A stretch of 41,690 nucleotides of DNA from Promethearchaeia archaeon (GTDB taxonomy: Archaea > Asgardarchaeota > Lokiarchaeia > Sigyniarchaeales > SOKP01): assembly GCA_029856105.1 (NCBI GenBank), contig JAHQWH010000059.1, forward strand, positions 1 to 41,690. Direction: 5' to 3'. Positions 1 to 8,159 of this stretch are shown piece by piece. Each line of letters starts with the position of its first letter. Within the stretch, counting starts at the first letter, position 1. The notes below the pieces were generated by a model. That model was not told where the DNA came from and did not search any database. It saw only the letters and a program-made list of their open reading frames with translations. The position numbers and the translations under genes were made by a program.

Positions 1-970
1 AATGGGTGACGACCACAGGAACCTTAAAATGCTCAGCTATTTTTGCCTCTTCCATAGTTCTTAGATCCTTACCCCAAGGAACGTCCATTTGGTATTTATT
101 ATTGAGGATATCTAAAGCTTCTGCATATTTAATTGTAGGATATTCCGCTTTTCCATAATGTTCCAGCAACTTAATGTCTCTCTCTAAAATTTCAAGTTCT
201 TTCTTGTTACGTTTTAAAACTTCTTTTACAATAAACCTAATTTCGTCTTTAGCAACTTCTGTAGCCTCTTCAAGCGTCATCCAAGCAGCCTCCATTTCCG
301 CCATCCAAAATTCTGCTAAGTGTCTTGATGTTTTTGACTTTTCAGCCCGGAATGTCGGACCCATATTATATATTTTCCCTAAAGAAAAGATCCCGGCCTC
401 AGCGTACAATTGCCATGTTTGACTTAAATACATTATATCTTCAAAATATTTAACTTCAAACAGCGTTGAACCGCCTTCAGATTGGCTAGGTTGGAAAATT
501 GGTGCGTCAAATTCGTAATAACCGTGACTTCTAAAAAATTCGTGAATAGCTCCAACAACCGTATGTCGTATTTTTAAAACTGCGTTCAATTTTCTAGACC
601 TTAACCATAAATGTCGATTATCATATAAAAGCTCAGGCGATTGGTGTTCAGTAATGGGAAAGGGCTCGGCAATTTGGATAATTTCCATATCCGATACAGA
701 AACTTCAAATCCGGTGGGAGCTCTTACATCCTCCTTTAATTCGCCTGAAATTTTAATTGAAGATTCAATTGTGAGCTTTTCAGCTTTTTCAAAGAGTTCT
801 GCATTTTTGCTTTTAGAGATTACACACTGTATTATGTCAGATTCGTCCCTTAAAACAATAAAAACGAATTTGTTTGACGCTCTTTGTCGATACACCCAAC
901 CTCTCAAATATACTTTGGTCAAATCCTTTTTCAGAGCTTCATCAATGGTTACATATTTTGATTCCTTCAT
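1..970 (-). CDS. asnS: Asparagine--tRNA ligase, runs off the left edge of the window
   Basis: Not in the ORF track because it is truncated. Manual translation from ATG at 970 gives MKESKYVTIDEALKKDLTKVYLRGWVYRQR..FIVLRD (OB-fold anticodon domain), NRHLWLRS, EGGSTLF, YLSQTWQLY and class II motif 2 GPTFRAEKSKTSRHLAEFWMAEME. Confidence 0.92.
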   Translation of the reverse strand, partial: MKESKYVTIDEALKKDLTKVYLRGWVYRQRASNKFVFIVLRDESDIIQCVISKSKNAELFEKAEKLTIESSIKISGELKEDVRAPTGFEVSVSDMEIIQIAEPFPITEHQSPELLYDNRHLWLRSRKLNAVLKIRHTVVGAIHEFFRSHGYYEFDAPIFQPSQSEGGSTLFEVKYFEDIMYLSQTWQLYAEAGIFSLGKIYNMGPTFRAEKSKTSRHLAEFWMAEMEAAWMTLEEATEVAKDEIRFIVKEVLKRNKKELEILERDIKLLEHYGKAEYPTIKYAEALDILNNKYQMDVPWGKDLRTMEEAKIAEHFKVPVVVTH

Positions 971-1267
971 TTTTGATTATAAGAGAATAGTAGATAATTT
1001 AAAAAAATTATATTTATGCAAATTGGGGATTTCTAAAAAATTTGATTGAATTTTTTTTCGATTATTTAGGACTTAAATTAGTGATTAATTTATCAATAGA
1101 TTCTATTATATCTATATCAAACTTGCTAAAAATATCCCTTTTAAAGAACGCTTTTTCAGCTAATAGTTCTAAAGCTTTATTATCGTTTCAATCTACTAAA
1201 TCTAATATTTTGATAAGAAATAAATTATTTATAGCTCTAAGTTCACCTTTAATCAATTTTTAAGTAA

Positions 1268-2188
1268 TTAGAGGTTTACATTATTATTTTTAGCTTCTAC
1301 TATTTTTTTGATTCGCGTAGTAACAATTTCAGTCAGCTTTTTCACTGTATCATCACGGACAATATTTTCAACGACAGGAACCCCCACAATTTTTGCTTGC
1401 TCTTTTAAATATTCCTGAATTATTCTGATTTGTTCGAAATTTTCATAATACCTATTAACAGGGCGCCTCATAGAAACATTAAATGCTCGAAGAGAGAATC
1501 TATTCTTGTGCTGTATCTCGTCGGATAAATTTAACATCACAAAAACTATATTTGGATGTTCTAAAATGTCATTGGAAAGGAATTCAGGAGACAAGTGAAC
1601 ACCTTCGATGATCATGTTAAATCCTTCATAAAGGGCTCTTTTGATCAAAGCTTCAACACCTACAGTCACAATCTTGACTTGTTCACTATACCCTAAAATA
1701 GTGGAGTTAAACCTTGATGACCTATAATGCTTCGAGAATTTACCCGCTTCGTAAGAACTCTGGTGTAATTCAGGTATTAAATCATTACTCAATACTTTTC
1801 TCATTATTTCCCTGATTGAGTCAGTCCCAATCATACTACGAAAGTCTAATCGATGGGCTAGCGTTAGAGCTACTGTTGATTTTCCAATTCCAGTTGTTCC
1901 ACTAATTAATATAATAATAGGTTGCTCTAATTTAGTAATTTTCTTAAAAACAAGAAAGTTTTCGGCGTATTGTGCACCTTTTTTATTTGCTAAAATCTTA
2001 TAAATTTTATTATCCATTTCCTGCATTGAAATTTCCTGTATCTTCATTTTCAGTAAGTTATTTTTTATCTCTTCGGCAATCTCACGTGCTTCGAGAAATG
2101 ATATTCCTGTTTTTAGTAAACTATTGGCAATTAATCCTCTAGAGAATATTATTGAATAATCTTGGTCGATGATTAAAATTTTATCCAT
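1268..2188 (-). CDS. pgk2: 2-phosphoglycerate kinase (ATP-cone plus P-loop kinase)
   Basis: N-terminal FSRGLIANSL..TG ATP-cone, Walker A GTTGIGKST, IGTDSIREIMR, LHQSSY, IIEGVHL and HKNRF..R are typical of archaeal 2PGK. Confidence 0.85.
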   Translation of the reverse strand: MDKILIIDQDYSIIFSRGLIANSLLKTGISFLEAREIAEEIKNNLLKMKIQEISMQEMDNKIYKILANKKGAQYAENFLVFKKITKLEQPIIILISGTTGIGKSTVALTLAHRLDFRSMIGTDSIREIMRKVLSNDLIPELHQSSYEAGKFSKHYRSSRFNSTILGYSEQVKIVTVGVEALIKRALYEGFNMIIEGVHLSPEFLSNDILEHPNIVFVMLNLSDEIQHKNRFSLRAFNVSMRRPVNRYYENFEQIRIIQEYLKEQAKIVGVPVVENIVRDDTVKKLTEIVTTRIKKIVEAKNNNVNL

Positions 2189-2390
2189 TCTATTAGACTC
2201 TCAAATTATGTTATTAGAGTTATTATTATATTTTGAAATAAATTATTTAAATAATTGTTTCTGGGATTATTATTAATTGTCATTTGGAACTTTTTTTAAG
2301 ATAATAATTAAAAGAGATATTTTATTTGAAAAATATCATAAAATCTATAAAAATTGCTACTTGGAATTGTTCAATTTTTTTAAGTTTTAT

Positions 2391-2939
2391 TTATAAAATA
2401 AATACTACTGCTGCTAATACAGAAGCCCACTCATCTTCATTTCTAACAGTAGCATCTTCAGTAATATTTTTGGTTTCAATTATTTTGCCTCCCATCTTAT
2501 AAGTTTCGCGTTTTTCATCGTAGTTAGCATCGGGATCAAATGGAATCCCCAGTGTTGAAGCTAACATTTCTGCTGCTAAATCTTCGGCAATATCTCCTGT
2601 CTTCTCGGCTTTTACCCCGTATGTATGATGTTCACTTAAATACCCATAATGACCTTTATCAGCAGGTTTTGCAATTCCTATAGACGCACAAATCAAGCGA
2701 TTAAATTCGTTAGATTCTGCTCTAGCCATCACAGTATAAACAATCTGTCCAATGCGGAGTTGTTTTAAACCATCTTCCTTACTTATTTCAATACAATATG
2801 GAGGAAATATGGAGGAAACAATAACTAAATTGAATTTTTCAATTCCCGCATCTCTAAGGGCCAATTCAAAAGCTGCTAACTTAGATTTATGAAATCCTTT
2901 TCCTTTTACAAAGAATACCTTTTTTGGGACAAGTGACAT
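2391..2939 (-). CDS. pdaD: Pyruvoyl-dependent arginine decarboxylase
   Basis: VPKKVFFVKGKG, AFELALRDAGIEKFNLVIVSSIFPP (Ser-Ser autocleavage site), GYLSEHH. Confidence 0.92.
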   Translation of the reverse strand: MSLVPKKVFFVKGKGFHKSKLAAFELALRDAGIEKFNLVIVSSIFPPYCIEISKEDGLKQLRIGQIVYTVMARAESNEFNRLICASIGIAKPADKGHYGYLSEHHTYGVKAEKTGDIAEDLAAEMLASTLGIPFDPDANYDEKRETYKMGGKIIETKNITEDATVRNEDEWASVLAAVVFIL

Positions 2940-3255
2940 GTTTCGATATAAATTCTATTATAGATCTTAATTAATAAATAAATAAATAAATATGATTAAT
3001 ATTTAAACTTATTTAAAATTTATAGATTTACTTTGAACCCTCTATTCTAAATTCTTGATGTAAATCTTATTTATCATAATATTTATGACAATGTGAGATA
3101 ATACAATAATATTTAATATATTTAGAGTTAAATCGAAAAAATAAAGTTTACGAAGATTATTATTAAAATTATTATACCCTTTTAATCATTATAAAATAAT
3201 AGATAAAATTCATGAGTAATTAATTAAATTAGAATTTTTAAAAAAAATTGCATAG

Positions 3256-4281
3256 ATGTATTTAATAAATCTAGAATGTTTAATTCTAATTATGAATAAA
3301 AAACATAAAGAAGATTACTTAATTCAAAAAATAACTCCGTTTAATGTTAATGAAGTGAAAAATGTTGACGATCTTTTAAGAGCCCTTAAAAATTGTGGAT
3401 TTCAAGGAAGAAACTTAGGGAAAGCTTTAGATATTCTTTATAAAATGGTTAGTAATGCTGACATTTTAACTGTATTAACTTTAAGTGGTGCTATGATTCC
3501 CGCAGGTATGGGAGATTTAATTTATACATTAATGGACCATAAATTAATTGATGTTTTAATTACTACAGGAGCAAATATCATACATGATTTAGTAGATGCA
3601 TTAACTGATGTAGGACATTATATTGGAAGTTCTACTATAGATGATAATGAATTGTTTAAATTGAGAATTAATAGAATATACGATACTTTACTACCTGAAG
3701 AAAATTATAAGGTGGTTGAGGATGCTTTATTAGAGATAATTCATGAAATATTTGAATTTAAAGAAATTAACATTTTACCTTCAGATCTTTTAGCTAAAGT
3801 TGGTGAAAAATTAAATAACAGAAGTCTTTTAACTGTGGCTGCTAAAAACAACATTCCTATTTTTGTCCCTGCTTTTTCTGATTCTGAATTTGCATTAAAC
3901 TTAATCAAATATTCTATAAAAGAAGATTATAAGTTCAATTTTGATATTCTTGGAGATGTATTAAAATTTGCTGATATCATAAGAAAATCCAGAGAATATG
4001 GTACTTTAATAGTTGGAGGGGGGGTTCCAAGAAATTGGGCTCAACAAATCTTTCCTTTGCTTGATCAAATAGAAAATGTTGAGAGGATGGGTTATAATTA
4101 CTCCGTCAGAATACATACTGCTACTGAATATGATGGAGGTCTTTCAGGATGTACTATTTCAGAATCAAAAAGTTGGGGAAAATATTCTTTAGAATCAAAA
4201 TATATAAGTATATGGTGCGATGCAACCATAGCATTACCAATTTTAGTTACTGGATTATTACAGAGATTGAAAATCATCTAA
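3256..4281 (+). CDS. Deoxyhypusine synthase-family protein (true start may be ATG 3292)
   Basis: GFQGRNLG, LSGAMIPAG, TTGANIIHD, INRIYD, PAFSDS, GGGVPRN and DGGLSGCTISESKSWGK with the catalytic Lys in SWGK, then DATIALP. Confidence 0.88.
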   Translation: MYLINLECLILIMNKKHKEDYLIQKITPFNVNEVKNVDDLLRALKNCGFQGRNLGKALDILYKMVSNADILTVLTLSGAMIPAGMGDLIYTLMDHKLIDVLITTGANIIHDLVDALTDVGHYIGSSTIDDNELFKLRINRIYDTLLPEENYKVVEDALLEIIHEIFEFKEINILPSDLLAKVGEKLNNRSLLTVAAKNNIPIFVPAFSDSEFALNLIKYSIKEDYKFNFDILGDVLKFADIIRKSREYGTLIVGGGVPRNWAQQIFPLLDQIENVERMGYNYSVRIHTATEYDGGLSGCTISESKSWGKYSLESKYISIWCDATIALPILVTGLLQRLKII

Positions 4282-4637
4282 AAATATCTTTTTTAGAAAT
4301 TTTTCAATTTTAAAATCATATTTCAATAGGTGAATTGAAAAATGTGTTTTGAAAAGATAATTTCATAAAAATACCTTACCAAAAAATACTTATAATGAAG
4401 AATTAAATCCTATTTGAAATAGAAAATCACACTTTAAATTTAAGCAACATTAATGGTTTTGATTAAATAATAAAAATTCATTTTATTTTTGCTTTCATAG
4501 GGAAAAGCAATTGATGAGTTCATTTAAAATTCATTTAAAAATCTGATTAAAAAGAAATAATTATTAATGTAAAAAAAAATTTAGACTCACTTGTATTGAA
4601 TTGGGGATGTCATTAGATTATAATAGTCTATTTAAGT

Positions 4638-4745
4638 CTAAAAGTCTTCAAAGTCACCATCATTTTCATCATAAACTTCCCAATCATCATCTTCTTCGTG
4701 ATAATTTTCCCAATCTTTTTCTTTATCTTTAATTTCAATATTCAT
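4638..4745 (-). CDS. 35-aa acidic Trp-containing small protein MNIEIKDKEKDWENYHEEDDDWEVYDENDGDFEDF
   Basis: Below the ORF-track cutoff. ATG at 4745, TAG at 4638-4640, Shine-Dalgarno GGAGGT at 4753-4758 (7 nt spacing). Composition is strongly non-random for an AT-rich intergenic region. Confidence 0.65.
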   Translation of the reverse strand: MNIEIKDKEKDWENYHEEDDDWEVYDENDGDFEDF

Positions 4746-5361
4746 TTTAAAAACCTCCAATTTTATTTTGTTTTTATTGAGATTAAAAATATCAAATAGT
4801 ATCAATTATAAGGAAAACCAATAACATATATAAATATTTCTATATCAACTCATAGTGTTTCTGATCTATTTATTCAATGTTAGAATTGTCAAGTCTGGAT
4901 TAGGGTAAAGTATTAGAGAGTTAGTCTTTCTATTCTTTTTAGTTAAAAATTATTGTTTGGAAATCCTTTCGTATAAAGATATATTCAATACTGTGGATAA
5001 CTTAAATCGAAAATTTACTTTACTAAAAGCTTAAAAAAATCTGGAAAATTAATAAATTTGAAAATTCAGTATAGGTATGTTCATGTATTCTCTCAAAATC
5101 TCGATAATTTCGACAAAATAAATTAAAGATAAAAGATAAAATTGTATATAAATCTCAGAAATATTTGCATTTATGCTATGAATATAACATGGTTGGAAAT
5201 TATTTAAATTAAAAAATTTGCATAGAATATTAGAGTACTTATTCTATTCTAGTGGTGGTTTATTTTTAAACTTCTAATAGTTGATTCGTTTAAGTAATTT
5301 CTTGCTGAGTTAAAGAAAAATCCCATTTTGAGATATAATTGGTGAGGGATCTTACTTAGTA

Positions 5362-5508
5362 ATGTTGTTCTTGATTATGGTGAGTAGATTTCTTGTAGGG
5401 ATATTTTGGATAAGAAAGGACTTGACAGAAAATTATTTTAATTCAGAAATACTTCCCACATTTGAAGATCAGGTGAAAAAATGGAAGAAAATTTTTATAT
5501 TTCCCTAA
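5362..5508 (+). pseudogene. Possible remnant or small membrane protein (48 aa)
   Basis: MLFLIMVSRFLVGIFWIRKDLTENYFNSEILPTFEDQVKKWKKIFIFP. The frame stays open for about 10 codons upstream to a TGA, which suggests the 3' end of a decayed gene. Confidence 0.25.
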
Positions 5509-5518
5509 TATTAAGATC

Positions 5519-6982
5519 TCATCCAATTACATGATAATGTAAGGAAGAATGATGGTAATATCTTGGAGATATAATATAAGCTAACGGTCTTTTTCTCACA
5601 TACTTTTCTAAATCTTTTTCTAAGAAAGTATATGCTAAAAGATGTACAATTGGGATTATTAATTGCGTCCATTCATCATATTGGCTTTGTGAGAAGCTAT
5701 TTTCAACTTTAATGATTTCAGGATTCATTGCTAATAAGAGAGCATATTCAATTAATTCAGGTACAAATTTGGCACTTTGAGCCCGTAGGATGTTCATTTC
5801 TGCCCTTAATAAAATCATCCAAGTTTCCTTAACATCCCATGGAAATAAAGCTGAAAGCGATGCAAAGAATTTAGAACCTTCAGGAATATCACGCAATAAA
5901 TCTTTAAAAAAGGTTAGTTTTGATAGATCTCCTATAAAGGGGATAACAAATGAAGCATATACGACTTCTTTATTACTTAAAGAACCTATAGGTTGATCCT
6001 TAAAGATTTTTTTCAAATTTTTTAAATATTCATCACCCAACGCTTCACTTCCATGATGAAGAGACCAGTTCGAGAATAATCTTCCTATCATTGAAGTGGC
6101 TTTTTTAATTCTTTGATAATGAGGATAAGCATGTAAAAATTCTTTTATATCATGAGCGGGATTATCTTTTCGATATTTATATTGCATATTTTTTTCAATT
6201 TTTAGGATATCTCTATTTGAATCAGGTATGCTTAATTGAGGATTTCTCATAAAATTAATAGAAAGTGTCATCATTCTCTTCTCTGCTTGTTGATAAGTAT
6301 ATTCTCTTTTTGATATCGAGTTAAATGCTTTTTCTAATCCGCCTAAATTAGTATTTAACAGATAAACTGCCCAGATTGGAGAAAAAACTCCCGTTTTCAT
6401 TATATCGCCCACTTTATTAATTAAGGATGAAAATTCTTCATCAAGTTGATCGATTAGATTAATCAAGACATTTAAATCCCTTGATAAAAAACGTTCTCGA
6501 GCTTCAATCTCATCAATCATATTATCTCCTATAGGTGTTAAGACAACATTTTTTCCATTGACTCGTACAGCCTGATTAATTGATTGCTTTTGATCATTTA
6601 ATCTCAAAATTTGATCCTTAATAATACTGACTTGAGTATCCATCTTTTTTATCTCATTCTTCGATTTAGAAATTTGAGACTTCAGCTTTTTTCCTTTTCC
6701 AATTTGTAAATAACTAGCTAGCTTACTACCTAGAGAAGCATGTTCATATTCTCTTTCTATAGATAATAACTCCTTATTTAGTCCATGAATCTCGCTATTT
6801 AGTCGATCATAATTCATCTTAAGAGTATTTATCTCACTTTCCGTTGGTAGATCGGCACTTTCTTTCCCGTATTCGCTAATAAAGGAGAATTTCAATAAGT
6901 CTGAAATCTCATCAGAAGAACAAGGAATATCATTCCTTTTTTTAATCGATGTTAATATTTCTAAAGCTCTTTCACAATCCAT
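5519..6982 (-). CDS. Hypothetical protein: winged-helix-like N-terminus with inserted coiled coil, helical body, His-rich C-terminus
   Basis: 487-aa ORF with heptad-like region at about aa 48-137, VVLTPIG wing motif and C-terminal YYHHSSLHYHVIG. Starts 1 nt after the upstream stop. Confidence 0.75.
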   Translation of the reverse strand: MDCERALEILTSIKKRNDIPCSSDEISDLLKFSFISEYGKESADLPTESEINTLKMNYDRLNSEIHGLNKELLSIEREYEHASLGSKLASYLQIGKGKKLKSQISKSKNEIKKMDTQVSIIKDQILRLNDQKQSINQAVRVNGKNVVLTPIGDNMIDEIEARERFLSRDLNVLINLIDQLDEEFSSLINKVGDIMKTGVFSPIWAVYLLNTNLGGLEKAFNSISKREYTYQQAEKRMMTLSINFMRNPQLSIPDSNRDILKIEKNMQYKYRKDNPAHDIKEFLHAYPHYQRIKKATSMIGRLFSNWSLHHGSEALGDEYLKNLKKIFKDQPIGSLSNKEVVYASFVIPFIGDLSKLTFFKDLLRDIPEGSKFFASLSALFPWDVKETWMILLRAEMNILRAQSAKFVPELIEYALLLAMNPEIIKVENSFSQSQYDEWTQLIIPIVHLLAYTFLEKDLEKYVRKRPLAYIISPRYYHHSSLHYHVIG

Positions 6983-6983
6983 T

Positions 6984-8159
6984 TTAATTCACCATTTCAA
7001 GTAATGGAATTTCTACTAAAGGAACTTCAGTTCCCTCTAATACAATTAATAAATCTTTATTTTGATTTTTTGAATATACGAAACTGTCTTGATTTATAGC
7101 AAGTTGGATGAGTAGTGCTAACTCTTCTCTCTGCCTATTCCAAGACATCTTAGAACCTTCTAATTGGTGTCGATATGAATCGATTTTAACTAAGGCAAAA
7201 AGAAATTCAAAAGCTAATTTCTCCCACTCCTTAGATTGAGTTTCTGCGAATTTGTCTTGAGATACTGTTTTCCATATCAATCCTTCTAAGTCAGCAAAGT
7301 GAATTGTACCATCAGGAGCAACCACGCAATCTTTATCTAGCCACACATCTTGATATATGATTCCTGTTATGTTATCTCCTTCTTTTTTTGCCGATCTCAA
7401 AAATAAAGACAATAATGCTATCCCGCTTTTGATAAAGTTTATTTCAAATTTTTCAATAAGTTTTTCGGTATCTAAATCAAATAACGAAAAGAAAGAACTA
7501 GGATTAGCAACTAAACGAGAAGATTCAAAATATAATCGTATGTTCGAAGGCATTAATCTAATTTCTTGATAAAAATGATCTTTATAGGTACTAAACCAAA
7601 AGAACTTACGAGCCATTTCTTCAATTTCAGGAGGTAATTGTACGACCCCTATGACAGGGCAAATGTGAGCACCATTGATGGAATCTAATTTTGCTAACTT
7701 GGAGAAAGCTAACTCATCAAAGGCATTGATAAAACCTTGACAACCATATGGGCTTTCTCCCATCCAAGATTCGCCCATAATAAAACCTGTTCCTGTTGTT
7801 AATTTATCTACAAGATGAAGGCATGTAGAATCGCGACAAGCATTTCGTATACGAGGGGGTGATAATAATTTTCCTTCGTACATATCTTCATATGCTCCAC
7901 ATCCTTTAATAGCTAAAAAAAAAGTTTTGTCATTTAAATTGACTGAAAATTCTGGAAATATTGCGTTGCGATTTTCATCTTTTATAGCATTTAGTTTTGG
8001 TTCTTTGATATCATGTAATTCCGCCGTAGCGGGACCTATGTATCCTGTTATCCATTTCTTATATGATTTGAATTGCGGATTTATTGCTGAAATTTCTGCA
8101 TTTACAGAATATAATTGTAAATCAATTGACTCATGAAGAAATCGTTCGAAAGTATTCAA
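6984..8159 (-). CDS. SelO/YdiU-like atypical protein-kinase-fold protein
   Basis: Collinear SelO-like motifs: ENRNAI (DGRAI), LAIKGCG (LQLKGAG), YG...AFDELAFS (DG...SIREYLIS), NGAHICPVIGVV (LGIPTTRAL), IRLMPSNIRL (TRVAPSHIRF), and a divergent catalytic segment ..DKDCVVAPDGTIHFADLE. Confidence 0.65.
   Translation of the reverse strand: MNTFERFLHESIDLQLYSVNAEISAINPQFKSYKKWITGYIGPATAELHDIKEPKLNAIKDENRNAIFPEFSVNLNDKTFFLAIKGCGAYEDMYEGKLLSPPRIRNACRDSTCLHLVDKLTTGTGFIMGESWMGESPYGCQGFINAFDELAFSKLAKLDSINGAHICPVIGVVQLPPEIEEMARKFFWFSTYKDHFYQEIRLMPSNIRLYFESSRLVANPSSFFSLFDLDTEKLIEKFEINFIKSGIALLSLFLRSAKKEGDNITGIIYQDVWLDKDCVVAPDGTIHFADLEGLIWKTVSQDKFAETQSKEWEKLAFEFLFALVKIDSYRHQLEGSKMSWNRQREELALLIQLAINQDSFVYSKNQNKDLLIVLEGTEVPLVEIPLLEMVN

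Noticed and set aside
174-1263. Plus-strand ORFs 174-422, 654-1049 and 1042-1263
   Set aside because: Antisense shadows of asnS and the adjacent minus-strand frame; Ser/Ile/Phe-rich with no motifs.
4282-5518. Long AT-rich intergenic region as a replication origin
   Set aside because: No repeated ORB-like boxes recognised and no cdc6/orc1 nearby; partly explained by a small ORF and a gene remnant.
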